DNA of 64,000 bases from an uncultured bacterium (GCA_963732385.1 CAVSZB010000005.1:236790-300789), one strand, 5' to 3'. Positions 34,158 through 44,171 are shown, counted from the first letter of the stretch. Program-made: numbers and translations. The notes: generated from the letters alone by a model not told the origin.

Positions 34158-35153
34158 TCAGAGGCTCAGATCCCCCCGTGCGAGCAGCGTGCGGGTGGAG
34201 CCGTCCGCGTACGTGGCGACGAGGGTCGGCTGGTGGAAGAGGAAGTCGAGGTGGGTGCAGGAGACATTGCGCCCGCCCGGCATGTCCTCGTTGTTGCCGA
34301 ACGCCACGTGGGCGGTGTGCAGCGCCTTCTCGTCTTCGAGCATGCGGCCCACGATGCGCGCGCCGGGGTTGATGCCGATCCCCAGTTCGCCGATCACCGC
34401 GGCCCACGGATCGAGCGACGTGAGCCTTGCCAATTCCTGCTGCAGCTCGTCGTTTCCGCCCGCGATCCGCGCGATGCGCCCTCCCCGCACGTGGACCCGC
34501 ACCGGCTGGGGTGGCGGTCCAAGCGCGCCGATCGAGCCGTCGGCGACCAGGATCCCCTCGGCGTCCGACTCCACCGGCGCCGCGTAGATCTCGCCGCACG
34601 GCAGATTGACCATGGCCCCGACGCCACCGCGGCAGTCGTGCACGAAGGGGCGGCCGAACAGCCCCAAGGACAGGTCGGTGCCGCCCGGCGCCGTGATGCG
34701 CGCCGAGATGGCGCCCTCGAACGCGGCGACCAGGCGATCGGCCGTTTCGACCATGGCGCCGTAGTCGACCGCCAGCGGACCGTTCTCGAACATCTCCTCG
34801 GTGATGCCGGGACTGTGGCCGCAGCGGATGCGTCCGGTCGCCCCGATGCGCTGGAGCCACGCCACGCGGAACGGGATCTCGTCGTTGCGGGCCTGCAGCG
34901 CGTTGACGACGATCGTGACGTCATCCAGGAGCCCGACAAGTTCGGGTGGCGTCTCGCGCAGCGGCCGTGCCGACTCCGGGAGCGTGTAGAGACGCGCCGG
35001 GCAGCCGATCCCCGCGGCCGCGGCGTGGAACGCCTCGCCGATGCGGCGGCGGCTCTCGTCCGTGACGACCAGGACCGTGTCGTCGGGGGCGAGCCCGAGA
35101 ACGTGGATGAGGGCATTGCGGGCGACAGCGATCAGGCTGCTGAGGTCTGTCAT
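34158..35153 (-). CDS. M29-family aminopeptidase (AmpS/PepS-like)
   Basis: MTDLSSLIAVARNALIHVLGLAPDDTVLVVTDE...GEIYAAPVE...IGELGIGINP...DEKALHTAHVAFG are typical thermophilic-aminopeptidase family motifs. Confidence 0.75.
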   Translation of the reverse strand: MTDLSSLIAVARNALIHVLGLAPDDTVLVVTDESRRRIGEAFHAAAAGIGCPARLYTLPESARPLRETPPELVGLLDDVTIVVNALQARNDEIPFRVAWLQRIGATGRIRCGHSPGITEEMFENGPLAVDYGAMVETADRLVAAFEGAISARITAPGGTDLSLGLFGRPFVHDCRGGVGAMVNLPCGEIYAAPVESDAEGILVADGSIGALGPPPQPVRVHVRGGRIARIAGGNDELQQELARLTSLDPWAAVIGELGIGINPGARIVGRMLEDEKALHTAHVAFGNNEDMPGGRNVSCTHLDFLFHQPTLVATYADGSTRTLLARGDLSL

Positions 35154-35366
35154 GTGCCGTGCTCCAGGCCGGACGAGTCGTGGGGCGTGATACATAAGTA
35201 CGCGCGATCCGGCCCCGGGGTTCCGCGCCCGCCGCAAGACAGTTGCCGCCCCCCGCGCCTGAGGCTACATTTCATGGGTCAGGCTGCGGCCGCCCGCGCC
35301 GGCCACGCCGGAAACCTTCCGGAGCGCCGGGCGCAGGGACCGCCGCCACGGCGATCGGATCGCGCC

Positions 35367-36839
35367 GTGAACGTACTGCTCATCTCCCCCCGCAATCCCG
35401 ACACCTTCTGGAGCTTCAAGCACGCGCTGCCGTTCGTGTCGAAGCGCTCCTCGCTGCCTCCGCTCGGCCTGCTCACCGTGGCCGGCCTGCTGCCACGGGC
35501 GTGGCATCTGGAACTCGTCGACCTCGACGTGGGCCGCCTGCGCGATGCGCAGATCCGCCGGGCAGACTGGGTGCTCGTGTCGGCGATGATCGTGCACGAA
35601 CAGTCGGTGCGGGAAATCGCCCGCCGCTGCGCCGCGCTCGGCCGCCCCGTGATCGGCGGCGGCCCCCTCTTCACGACCGGCCACGAACGTTTTCCGGAGA
35701 TCGGCCACTTCGTCCTGGGCGAAGCGGAAGAGCTGGCCGGCGAGCTGGCCGACGACATGACTGCGGGGCAGGTGCGCCGGGTTTACCGCGCGCCGCGCTT
35801 CCCGGATCTGGCCCTCGCGCCGGTCCCGCGCTGGGACCTCATCAAGCCGCGCCATTACGCCACGCTCGCGCTGCAGTCCTCGCGCGGCTGTCCCTACGAC
35901 TGCGAATTCTGCGACATCGTGGTGATGAACGGCCACGTGCCGCGCGTCAAGACGCCGGCGCGGATGATCGCCGAGCTGGAGGCGCTGCGCGCCCGCGGCT
36001 GGCGCGGCGCGGTTTTCATCGTGGACGACAACTTTATCGGCAACAAGGCCGGCGTGAAGAAGATTCTCCGCGAGATCGTCGTTTGGCGCCGCCGCACACA
36101 TTCCCCCTTTACGTTTTTGACCGAAGCCTCGGTGAATCTGGCGGACGACGCGGAACTGCTGGGGCTGATGGTGGAGGCGGGCTTCAAGAAGGTCTTCCTG
36201 GGCCTCGAAACGCCGGTGGCCGACAGTCTCGTCGAATGCCGCAAGTCGCAGAATGCCGGGCGCGATCTCGTGGCGGCCGTGCGGGTGATCCAGGCCGCCG
36301 GACTGGAGGTGATGGGGGGCTTCATCATCGGCTTCGACAACGATCAGCCCGACATCTTCGAGCGCCAGTTCGAATTCATCCAGAAGGCCGGCGTGGCGAC
36401 CGCGATGGTCGGCCTGCTGACGGCCCTCCCGCAGACCCGCCTCTGGAGACGGCTGGCCGGAGAAGGCCGGCTGCTGGGCGACAGCACGGGCGACAACACC
36501 AGCGCCGCCTTCAATTTCGTGCCGAAGCTGGACCGCGAGTATCTCATGGAGGGGTACCGTCGCCTCATGAAGCAGCTCTACGAGCCGCGGGCCTACTACC
36601 GGCGCGTGGGGGCGTTCCTGGAGAACTACCAGGCGCGCGGCCCCCGGGCGCGCCTGCTGCCCGCGGAGCTGGGCGCCCTGTTCAAGTCGCTGCTGATGAA
36701 CGGCCTGATCCACCGCGGGCGCCGCGCCTACTGGCGCTTCCTCGGCAGCACGCTGGTGCATCACCCCTCCAGCCTCGGCCTCGCCATCACGGCGGCCATC
36801 TACGGCCACCACTTCCGCACCGTGGCCCGGCGCCTGTAG
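35367..36839 (+). CDS. B12-binding-domain radical SAM protein with a DUF4070-like C-terminus
   Basis: VNVLLISPRNPDTFWSF...PLGLLTVAGLLP (B12-binding domain) and SSRGCPYDCEFC (CxxxCxxC). The C-terminal helical region resembles DUF4070. GTG 35367 is preferred; an in-frame alternative ATG lies at 35274. The 5' part of the 868-aa track ORF is antisense to the aminopeptidase and was rejected. Confidence 0.8.
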   Translation: MNVLLISPRNPDTFWSFKHALPFVSKRSSLPPLGLLTVAGLLPRAWHLELVDLDVGRLRDAQIRRADWVLVSAMIVHEQSVREIARRCAALGRPVIGGGPLFTTGHERFPEIGHFVLGEAEELAGELADDMTAGQVRRVYRAPRFPDLALAPVPRWDLIKPRHYATLALQSSRGCPYDCEFCDIVVMNGHVPRVKTPARMIAELEALRARGWRGAVFIVDDNFIGNKAGVKKILREIVVWRRRTHSPFTFLTEASVNLADDAELLGLMVEAGFKKVFLGLETPVADSLVECRKSQNAGRDLVAAVRVIQAAGLEVMGGFIIGFDNDQPDIFERQFEFIQKAGVATAMVGLLTALPQTRLWRRLAGEGRLLGDSTGDNTSAAFNFVPKLDREYLMEGYRRLMKQLYEPRAYYRRVGAFLENYQARGPRARLLPAELGALFKSLLMNGLIHRGRRAYWRFLGSTLVHHPSSLGLAITAAIYGHHFRTVARRL

Positions 36840-36929
36840 CGTCCGGCGGGGGCGGGAAGCAACCTTTCGGCCGCGGCGCGCGTCTAACGGCCGTCTGTCG
36901 CTTCCGGACCCCGTTCCGTGGAGGATGCC

Positions 36930-37625
36930 ATGCGCGCCCGATTCGTACTGCTGGCGGCCGCGGCCGCCCTGTTGCTTTTCGCCGCCCCGATCACCGCCGC
37001 CGACGAGCATTCGCTGTTCAAGGGGAGCCTCTTCTCCCGGGGCGAGAAGGGGAACGGCACCCTGGTCACCCGCCAGTTCGACGTTTCCGGTTTCGATCGG
37101 GTCGCGCTGGACGGAGGCTTCGACGTGTACGTCAAGGTCGGCGGCGCGACCAACGTCACCGCCACGGTCGATGACAACATCGCCGACCTCTTCACGGCGG
37201 AAGTGGAGAAAGGGACCCTGCGCCTCGACTGGACGAAGGCGTGCCGTCCGAGCCGCAAGTGCCGCGTCGACGTGACCCTGCCGGATCTGCAGGGCTTCAC
37301 GGTCAACGGCGCCGGCGACGTCGAAATCACCGGCGTCCGCGGGGCGCGGCTGGAGTTGAACATCACGGGCGCCGGGGACATGGAGGTCTCCGGCAGCATT
37401 GACGAGCTCGAGCTGGTGGTGTCCGGCGCCGGTGACGTGGAGGCCGGGGAACTGGCGGCGCAGGACGTCGAGGTGCGGGTCAGCGGCGCCGGCGACGCGA
37501 CGGTGCGCGCCGCGCGCAGCCTCGACGCGAACGTCTCCGGAGTGGGCGAGATCACCTACCTGGGCGACCCGACCAAGGTGGAGACGCGCGTCAGCGGCGT
37601 GGGCGAAATCAACCGCGGTCGCTGA
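36930..37625 (+). CDS. Secreted DUF2807-like (head GIN / beta-helix) protein
   Basis: Signal peptide MRARFVLLAAAAALLLFAAPITA. Repeated units of the type GAGDVEI / GAGDMEV / GAGDVEA / GAGDATV / GVGEI are present. GGAGGA RBS precedes ATG 36930. Confidence 0.65.
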   Translation: MRARFVLLAAAAALLLFAAPITAADEHSLFKGSLFSRGEKGNGTLVTRQFDVSGFDRVALDGGFDVYVKVGGATNVTATVDDNIADLFTAEVEKGTLRLDWTKACRPSRKCRVDVTLPDLQGFTVNGAGDVEITGVRGARLELNITGAGDMEVSGSIDELELVVSGAGDVEAGELAAQDVEVRVSGAGDATVRAARSLDANVSGVGEITYLGDPTKVETRVSGVGEINRGR

Positions 37626-37657
37626 CGCGGGCAGGTCCCCGGTTCCCGGGCTGGCGC

Positions 37658-37691
37658 GGGGGTGCCCATGTGCTAGATTCGGGGCACCCCC
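37658..37691 (+). promoter_or_regulatory. 10-bp GC hairpin between the DUF2807 and patatin genes (terminator or 5'-UTR structure)
   Basis: gggggtgccc (37658-37667) pairs with gggcaccccc (37682-37691) around a 14-nt loop. It ends 7 nt before the AGGAGAG RBS of the patatin gene. Confidence 0.3.
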
Positions 37692-37707
37692 CGACGTCAG
37701 GAGAGCC

Positions 37708-38616
37708 ATGCGCCGGCAAGTCGTGTCCGCGATCGTCCTGGGCGTCTGTTCGCTGCTGCTGGCCGCCGGCTGCGCCGGCCCGCGCCCGGCGATCACGCCC
37801 GAGCCCCCCGCGCCTCCCCGTGAAGGCATCCGCCCGCGCATCGGCCTGGCCCTCGGGGGCGGCGGAGCGCGCGGCTTCGCCCACATCGGCGCCCTGCGCG
37901 TGCTCGAGCAGGAGAAGATCCCGATCGACCTCGTGGTCGGCACCTCGGTGGGCAGCCTCGTCGGCGCCCTCTACGCCGACCAGGGGCGGGTGCTCGACGC
38001 CGAGCTGAGCGCCCTGACCGTGGGCGAGGAGGAGTTGTTCGACCAGACGATGATCCCGCTCTTCTCGGGCGGCCTCGTCAAGGGGAAGAAGCTTGAGGCG
38101 TTCCTGCGGAGCAACCTGAAGCACCCCCTCATCCAGAACATGGCCGTGCCGTTCGCGGCGGTCGCGGTCGATCTCGACACCGGCGAGACCGTGGTGTTCC
38201 GCACGGGCGATGCCGCCTCCGCCGTGCACGCCTCGTGCGCCATCCCCGGAGTTTTCGTGCCGGTGACCATCGCCGGTCGCACCTTCGTCGACGGCGGCGT
38301 GACCAACCCGGTCCCGGCGAGCGTGGCCCGCGAGCTGGGCGCCGATCTGGTCATCGCCATGTCGGTGCCGCCGCCGGCGCCCAAGCCGGCTTCGCGCAAC
38401 CAGGTCTCCGTGGCCTACCACTCCATCTCGATCATGGCGGCCGAAATCGGGCGCCTGCGCGCCGACGAGGCCGACGTGGTGATCGCCACGGAGGTCGGCA
38501 AGGTCGACTTCGACGACTTCTCGCAGAAGCGCCGCCTGATCGAGGCGGGCGAGGCGGCCGCGCGCGCGGCGCTGCCGGCGATCCGCGCGGCGATCGAGGC
38601 GAAGACGCGCTACTGA
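37708..38616 (+). CDS. Patatin-like phospholipase, lipoprotein
   Basis: Lipobox LLLAAGC, oxyanion motif GLALGGGGARG, nucleophile GTSVGS, and the DGG of the catalytic dyad (FVDGGV). Confidence 0.85.
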   Translation: MRRQVVSAIVLGVCSLLLAAGCAGPRPAITPEPPAPPREGIRPRIGLALGGGGARGFAHIGALRVLEQEKIPIDLVVGTSVGSLVGALYADQGRVLDAELSALTVGEEELFDQTMIPLFSGGLVKGKKLEAFLRSNLKHPLIQNMAVPFAAVAVDLDTGETVVFRTGDAASAVHASCAIPGVFVPVTIAGRTFVDGGVTNPVPASVARELGADLVIAMSVPPPAPKPASRNQVSVAYHSISIMAAEIGRLRADEADVVIATEVGKVDFDDFSQKRRLIEAGEAAARAALPAIRAAIEAKTRY

Positions 38617-38640
38617 GCGGGCGGGCGGCGCCGCCCGCTC
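38615..38640. terminator. Perfect 10-bp GC hairpin between convergent genes (candidate bidirectional terminator)
   Basis: gagcgggcgg (38615-38624) pairs with ccgcccgctc (38631-38640). The hairpin overlaps both stop codons (patatin TGA at 38614-16, GRE stop at 38639-41). Confidence 0.4.
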
Positions 38641-41011
38641 ACTCCGCCTCGCCGTGCTCGGTGCGGGCGATGATCTCGTCCTGCAGCGCCGGGCCCAGGT
38701 CGCAGAAGTAATCGCTGTAGCCGGCCACCCGCACGATCAGGTCACGGTGCTCCTCCGGACGCGCCCGCGCGGCGCGCAGGGTGGCGCCATCGACGACGTT
38801 GAACTGGACGTGGTGTCCGCCAAGCCGGAAGTAGCCGCGCACGAGGCGCGCCAGCGCCGCCAGGCCGGCGTCGTCGGCAAGCAGGCGCGGCGTGAACTTC
38901 TGGTTGAGCAGCGTGCCTCCGGTGCGCTCGTGGTCGAGCTTCGCCGCCGAGCGCAGGACCGCCGTCGGCCCGTGGCGGTCGGCCCCCTGCACCGGCGAGA
39001 TCCCCTCCGACAGCGGAGTCCCGGCGCGCCGCCCGTCCGGCGTGGCCCCGGTCACGGAGCCGAAGTGGACGTGCACCGTGGTCGGCAGCAGGTTCACGTG
39101 GCAGGCGCCGCCGCGCGCGTTGGGCCGCCCGTCGATCGCCGCGAAGTACGCCTCGAACACCATCCGCATCACGTCGTCGGCCGTGTCGTCGTCGTTTCCG
39201 TACTTCGGCGTGCGGTTCACCAGCCGCTGGCGCAGCGCCTCCCGCCCGGAAAAATCGGCGGCAAGCGCCGCGCGCAGGTCCGCCATGCTCATCGCGCCCC
39301 GGGTCCAGACCTGGTGGCGCAGCGCGACGAGCGAGTCGGTGATCGTGCCGAGCCCCACCCCCTGGATGTACGAGGTGTTGTAGCGCGCGCCGCCGTCGTG
39401 GTAGTCGCGTCCGGTGGCGATGCAGTCGTCGATCAGCAGCGACAGGAACGGGGCCGGCATCCGCGCGGCGTACAGCCGCTCGATGACCGTGTTGCCGGCG
39501 ATCTTCAGGTCCGTGAAGTGGCGCAGCTGCGTGGTGAAGGCAGCGAACAGCGCGTCGAACGAGACGAACCGGTCCGGGTCGCCGGTGGACGGACCGAGCC
39601 GCCGGCCGGAGCGCGGGTCGAGGCCATCGTGGAGCGCGATCTCGAGCACCTTGGGCAGATTGAAGTAGCCCGTCAGGTTGTAGTTCTCGCGACCGAACGC
39701 CCCCACCTCGACGCAGCCGCTCGAACCGCCGGCGCGAGCGTCCGCGAGGGTCTTGCCCTGGCGCAGCAGCTCCCGCACGATCAGGTCGGCGTTGAACAGC
39801 GACGGCTGTCCGAAACCGGTCCGGATGATGCGCGCCGCCCGGGCCAGGAAGCGGTCGGGCGTGAGCGTGCTCAACTGAGCCGAACTGCCGGGCTGGAGCA
39901 GGCGCATCTCCTCGATCACGTCGAGCAGCAGGTACGAGACCTCGCTCACGGCGTCGGCGCCGTCGGGGCGCAGCCCCCCGACGTTGATCTGCGCGAAGTC
40001 GTTGTAGGTGCCGCTCTCGGCCGCCGTGACCCCGGTCTTCGGCGGCGCCGGCTGATTGTTGAACTTGATCCAGAAGCACTGGAGCAGCTCCTCGGCGGCG
40101 GCGCGCGTGAGCGTGCCGTCGGCCAGGCCGCGCGCGTAGAACGGCTCGAGGTGCTGGTCGAGGTGGCCGGGACAGAAGGCATCCCAGGTGTTCAGCTCCA
40201 TGGTCACGCCGAGGTGGCAGAACCAGTACGCCTGCAGCGCCTCGTGGAAATCGCGCGGGGCGCGCGCCGGCACCCGCTCGCAGACCGCGACGATCCGCAG
40301 CAGCTCGGCGCGACGCGCCGCGTCGGGCGCCGCGGCCGACAGCACGCGCGCCTGCTCGGCGTGCCGCCGCGCGAGCAGCACCACCGCCTCGGCGCAGATC
40401 AGCATCGCCTCGCGCTGCTGCCTCCGGGCGGCGGCGGCCCCGTCGCCCGGCGGATCGGGCGCGGCGAGCAGCCCCCGCAGGTCGTCGGCAAAATCGAGCA
40501 GGCCGCGGCGGTAGATCTTGTCGTCGAGCACGGTATGGCCGGGCGCGCGCTGCTCCATGAACTCCGTGAAGACCCCCGCCGCGTACGCCTCCCGCCAGCC
40601 GTCGGTCATGGCGTCGAAGATGAGGTCGCGCATCGAGCGGCCGCGCCAGTACGGGATGATGTCGCGGGCCTGGACCTCGCGGGCGCGCGGGTCGACCCGG
40701 AACGGGATCTTCTCGCGCGAATCGAGGAGATCGAAATCCTCGAGACTGTGGCAGCACAGCTCCGGATAGGTCGGCGCGGCCTTCGGCGCGGGTCCCTTCT
40801 CCCCCACGATCAGTTCGTCCTCGCCGATCCAGATCGTGCGCCGCTCCACCAGGTGGTGGAAAGCGAGCGCCCGCTGCACCGGCACCGACACGGCGCCGCC
40901 GCCCCCGCCGCGATAGAACTCCGTGATGATTTCCGCCCGCTCCGTGGAGAGGCTCGGCACCGCCGCGAGGCTGCGCGCCCGCAGCCGTTCCACGCGTCCG
41001 GTCATCGCCAT
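38639..41011 (-). CDS. Glycyl radical enzyme, PFL2/dehydratase-eliminase class, substrate unknown
   Basis: 790 aa. The C-terminal glycyl-radical motif is LIVRVAGYSDYF. The thiyl loop GGSSGCVEVG is Cys-x-Glu, not the CC of pyruvate formate-lyase. The APGHTVLD and FCPGHLDQ regions are typical of PFL2-type GREs. Confidence 0.9.
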   Translation of the reverse strand: MAMTGRVERLRARSLAAVPSLSTERAEIITEFYRGGGGGAVSVPVQRALAFHHLVERRTIWIGEDELIVGEKGPAPKAAPTYPELCCHSLEDFDLLDSREKIPFRVDPRAREVQARDIIPYWRGRSMRDLIFDAMTDGWREAYAAGVFTEFMEQRAPGHTVLDDKIYRRGLLDFADDLRGLLAAPDPPGDGAAAARRQQREAMLICAEAVVLLARRHAEQARVLSAAAPDAARRAELLRIVAVCERVPARAPRDFHEALQAYWFCHLGVTMELNTWDAFCPGHLDQHLEPFYARGLADGTLTRAAAEELLQCFWIKFNNQPAPPKTGVTAAESGTYNDFAQINVGGLRPDGADAVSEVSYLLLDVIEEMRLLQPGSSAQLSTLTPDRFLARAARIIRTGFGQPSLFNADLIVRELLRQGKTLADARAGGSSGCVEVGAFGRENYNLTGYFNLPKVLEIALHDGLDPRSGRRLGPSTGDPDRFVSFDALFAAFTTQLRHFTDLKIAGNTVIERLYAARMPAPFLSLLIDDCIATGRDYHDGGARYNTSYIQGVGLGTITDSLVALRHQVWTRGAMSMADLRAALAADFSGREALRQRLVNRTPKYGNDDDTADDVMRMVFEAYFAAIDGRPNARGGACHVNLLPTTVHVHFGSVTGATPDGRRAGTPLSEGISPVQGADRHGPTAVLRSAAKLDHERTGGTLLNQKFTPRLLADDAGLAALARLVRGYFRLGGHHVQFNVVDGATLRAARARPEEHRDLIVRVAGYSDYFCDLGPALQDEIIARTEHGEAE

Positions 41012-41015
41012 GCGC

Positions 41016-41927
41016 TCACGCTCCCGTGCCGACGGTCAGCCCGTGACCGCGCAGGATCGCGGCGATCTCCTGCACGCGCTCCGGGCTGGGCGTGCGCAGC
41101 ACCACCGTCGCCTCGCGCCCCACGCGCGGATACTTGTCCGCGCCGAGCGGGTGGTACGGCAGCAGCGCCACCCGCTCCAGCCCCGGCAGACCCGCGGCCA
41201 GGAGGGCCGCGCGGCTCACGTTGTCGTCGTCGTCGTTCACCCCGGGCAGGACCGGCATCCGCAGCACGATCCGATGGCCCGCGGCCGCCAGCGCCCGCAG
41301 GTTCGCCAGGATCGACGCATTGCTCACGCCGGTGTATAGCCGGTGGCGGTCATCGTCGACCAGCTTGAGATCGTAGAGGAACAGGTCGACGAACGGCCGC
41401 ACGCGATCGAGCGCCTCCCAGGGGCCGTAGCCGGAGGTGTCGAGCGCGGTGTGCAGTTCGCGGGCGCGGGCCTCGCGCAGCAGGGCGAGCAGGAACTCCG
41501 GCTGGTGCAGCGGTTCGCCGCCCGAGACGGTCATGCCGCCCTGCGACTCCAGGTAGAACGGGCGGTCGCGCTCGACCTCGGCCAGCACGTCGTCCACCGT
41601 CATCGTGCGACCGGCGATCTCGCGCGCCCCGGTGGGACAGGAATCGACGCAGTCGCCGCAGCGGACGCAGAGCTGCCGGTCCGTGGCCGGCGACTCCTCC
41701 TGCCAGGTGACCGCCCCGTGATCGCATGCGTCCACGCAGGCGCCGCAGCGCAGGCAGCGGCCGGCCCGCAACACCGGCTCCGGCTCGTCCGCCAGCCCCT
41801 CCGGGTTGTGGCACCACGCGCAGAGCAGCGGACAGCCCTTCAGGAACACGGTCGTGCGGATGCCCGGGCCGTCGTGGATGGCGAAACGCCGGATGTCGAA
41901 GACCGATCCGGTGACCAGCGCCACCAC
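41016..41927 (-). CDS. Glycyl-radical-enzyme activating protein (radical SAM with ferredoxin-like insert)
   Basis: FAIHDGPGIRTTVFLKGCPLLCAWCHNPE (CxxxCxxC), plus two extra Cys clusters (CLRCGACVDAC, CVRCGDCVDSCP). It ends 4 nt before the GRE start. Confidence 0.9.
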   Translation of the reverse strand: MVALVTGSVFDIRRFAIHDGPGIRTTVFLKGCPLLCAWCHNPEGLADEPEPVLRAGRCLRCGACVDACDHGAVTWQEESPATDRQLCVRCGDCVDSCPTGAREIAGRTMTVDDVLAEVERDRPFYLESQGGMTVSGGEPLHQPEFLLALLREARARELHTALDTSGYGPWEALDRVRPFVDLFLYDLKLVDDDRHRLYTGVSNASILANLRALAAAGHRIVLRMPVLPGVNDDDDNVSRAALLAAGLPGLERVALLPYHPLGADKYPRVGREATVVLRTPSPERVQEIAAILRGHGLTVGTGA

Positions 41928-42151
41928 CTCCGTGGGGGCGAGATGGCGGGGGCGAATCCCCGCCGCCGCCCATTCTAGCAGACGCCGGGCCGGATGAGGC
42001 AGCCGTTTCGCTGTCGCCCCCCTGCACGGTGCGCGGTGACAGACGGCCCGAATACCCCTATGCTGGCCCCTCGCGGAGCCGCCGGCTCCCGCGGCGGGAG
42101 GGGCGCTCCCCCGCCGGATCGCGAACGGAATCGGGGAGGAACGGAACGGGC

Positions 42152-43096
42152 ATGTTTGTCACCGAGCACCTGGCGCGCGCCAGCAGCACCCTGTTCAGCT
42201 ACGAGATCATCCCGCCGCCCCGGGGCCGCAGCGCCCAGGAGATCCTCGCCATCGTCGAGCAGGTCCGGCCCTACGCCCCCCCGTTCATCGACGTGACCAG
42301 CCACTCCGCCGAGGCTTCGTACGAGGAGAGCGGCGACGGCACGATCCGCCGACGCGTGCGCAAGAAGCGCCCCGGCACGATCAGCATCTGCGGCATCATC
42401 CAGAACCGCTACGGGATCGACACCGTCCCCCACCTCCTCTGCCGCGGCTTCACGCGCGAGGAGACCGAGGACGCGATGATCGAACTCGCCTTCCTGGGGA
42501 TCAACAACGTGCTGGCCATCCGCGGCGACGAAACCAACTACCACAAGATGATCGGGGCGCACCGCACCGCGAATATCTGGGCCGGCGAACTGGTGGAACA
42601 ACTGGACGGCCTGCGCCACGGCCGCTACCTCGAGGACATCGCCAACAGCGATCCGATGCCGCTCTGCATCGGCGTGGGGGGCTATCCCGAGAAGCACGTG
42701 GAAGCGCCGAATCTGAAAACCGACGCGGGCCATCTCCGCAGCAAGATCGACGCCGGCGCCGACTACGTGGTCACGCAGATGTTCTTCGACAACGCTCACT
42801 TCCTCCGTTTCGCGGCTTCCTGCCGCGAAACGGGGATCGGCGTGCCGCTCATCCCCGGCATCAAGGTGCTGACCCGGCCGCGCCAGCTCACCACGCTCTC
42901 CCGCGACTTCCACGTCAACTTCCCCGAGGCGCTGGCCGACGAGGTGGCCGCCAACCCGACGCACGCCCAGGAGATCGGGATCCGCTGGGCGACGGAGCAG
43001 GTGCAGGGCCTGATCGCCGCCGGCGCCCCGTGCATCCACTTCTACGTGATGAACGATGCCAGTGCCGTGATCGAGGTCATCCGGCGGCTGGGCTGA
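42152..43096 (+). CDS. metF: 5,10-methylenetetrahydrofolate reductase
   Basis: [11 protein letters not shown]...FIDVTSH...PHLLCRG...LAIRGD...[16 protein letters not shown]...IPGIKV are MetF family motifs. Start chosen at ATG 42152. Confidence 0.85.
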   Translation: MFVTEHLARASSTLFSYEIIPPPRGRSAQEILAIVEQVRPYAPPFIDVTSHSAEASYEESGDGTIRRRVRKKRPGTISICGIIQNRYGIDTVPHLLCRGFTREETEDAMIELAFLGINNVLAIRGDETNYHKMIGAHRTANIWAGELVEQLDGLRHGRYLEDIANSDPMPLCIGVGGYPEKHVEAPNLKTDAGHLRSKIDAGADYVVTQMFFDNAHFLRFAASCRETGIGVPLIPGIKVLTRPRQLTTLSRDFHVNFPEALADEVAANPTHAQEIGIRWATEQVQGLIAAGAPCIHFYVMNDASAVIEVIRRLG

Positions 43097-44171
43097 CCAT
43101 TTCCTCGCGGGCAAAATACCGGCGTTTCAGCCGGAGCGACACGTTGACCAGCCCGATCAGCGCCGGCACCTCCACCAACGGCCCGATCACTGCGGCGAAC
43201 GCCGCCCCGCTGTCGATCCCGAACGTGGCGATGGCAACGGCGATCGCCAGCTCGAAATTGTTCGACGCGGCCGTGAACGAGAGGGTGGCCGTCTGGCCGT
43301 AGGTCGCCCCCACCCTCCGGCTCATGAAGAACGAGACGAAGAACATCAGCACGAAGTAGATGAGCAGCGGAATCGCGATCCGCACCACGTCCAGCGGCAG
43401 CCGGACGATGTATTCCCCCTTGAGCGAGAACATCACCACGATGGTGAACAGCAGCGCCACCAGCGTGAGCGGGCTGATCCTCGGGATGAACTTCCGGTCG
43501 TACCAGCACCGCCCCTTCAGCCTGATCAGCGAAAACCGGGTGGCGATGCCGGCCAGAAACGGGATGCCCAGATAGATGAACACGCTCCTGGCGATCTCGC
43601 CGATGGTCACGTTGACCGCCACTCCCCGCAGCCCGAACCAGGTCGGCAGCACCGTGATGAACACCCAGGCGTAGACCGAGTAGAACAGCACCTGGAAGAT
43701 CGAGTTGAAGGCGACGAGCCCCGCGCAATACTCGCTGTCGCCCTTCGCCAGGTCGTTCCAGACGATCACCATGGCGATGCAGCGCGCCAGACCGATCATG
43801 ATCAGCCCGACCATATACTCCGGCCGGTCGCGCAGGAACAGGATCGCCAGGGCGAACATCAGGATCGGCCCGACGATCCAGTTCTGCACCAGCGACAGGC
43901 CGAGCACCCGGAAATCGCGGAAGACCGGCCCCAGCTTCTCGTAGCGGACCTTCGCCAGCGGCGGATACATCATGAGGATCAGCCCGACGGCGATCGGGAT
44001 GGAGGTCGTACCCGCATTGAACCGGTTCAAAAGCGGCACCACGCCGGGAAACAGCGACCCGGCGACCACACCGACAGCCATGGCGAGGAAGATCCAGAGC
44101 GTGAGGAAACGGTCGAGAAACGACAGGCGGCGCGCGACGCCCTGCGTGGATCGCTCGACGACATGAGTCAC
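43077..44171 (-). CDS. acr3: ACR3-family arsenite efflux transporter
   Basis: [20 protein letters not shown]...[21 protein letters not shown]...[11 protein letters not shown]...[12 protein letters not shown] 44171 has AAGGAGAGG 5 nt upstream. The 3' end overlaps metF by 20 nt (convergent). Confidence 0.9.
   Translation of the reverse strand: MTHVVERSTQGVARRLSFLDRFLTLWIFLAMAVGVVAGSLFPGVVPLLNRFNAGTTSIPIAVGLILMMYPPLAKVRYEKLGPVFRDFRVLGLSLVQNWIVGPILMFALAILFLRDRPEYMVGLIMIGLARCIAMVIVWNDLAKGDSEYCAGLVAFNSIFQVLFYSVYAWVFITVLPTWFGLRGVAVNVTIGEIARSVFIYLGIPFLAGIATRFSLIRLKGRCWYDRKFIPRISPLTLVALLFTIVVMFSLKGEYIVRLPLDVVRIAIPLLIYFVLMFFVSFFMSRRVGATYGQTATLSFTAASNNFELAIAVAIATFGIDSGAAFAAVIGPLVEVPALIGLVNVSLRLKRRYFAREEMVSPAAG

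Noticed and set aside
34233-35366. The 5' ~378 codons of the 868-aa plus-strand ORF that ends as the radical SAM gene.
   Set aside because: This part is antisense to the M29 aminopeptidase and low-complexity. Radical-SAM/B12-domain similarity only begins at VNVLLISP (GTG 35367), so the gene was trimmed.
35265-37943. 892-aa minus-strand ORF. Similar giant ORFs occur at 38654..41368 (+, 904 aa), 20261..22597 (+, 778 aa), 53907..56144 (-, 745 aa), 50061..52307 (+, 748 aa), 61051..62562 (5' extension), 59676..61097 (+), 60532..62202 (+), 9989..11812 (+), 8973..10346 (-), 458..2056 (+) and 2326..3882 (+).
   Set aside because: These are antisense to genes with unmistakable family motifs. Their translations are Arg/Gly/Ala/Pro/His-rich low-complexity sequence without any recognisable domain. 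Long stop-free antisense frames are expected in very GC-rich DNA. I treat them as shadow ORFs.
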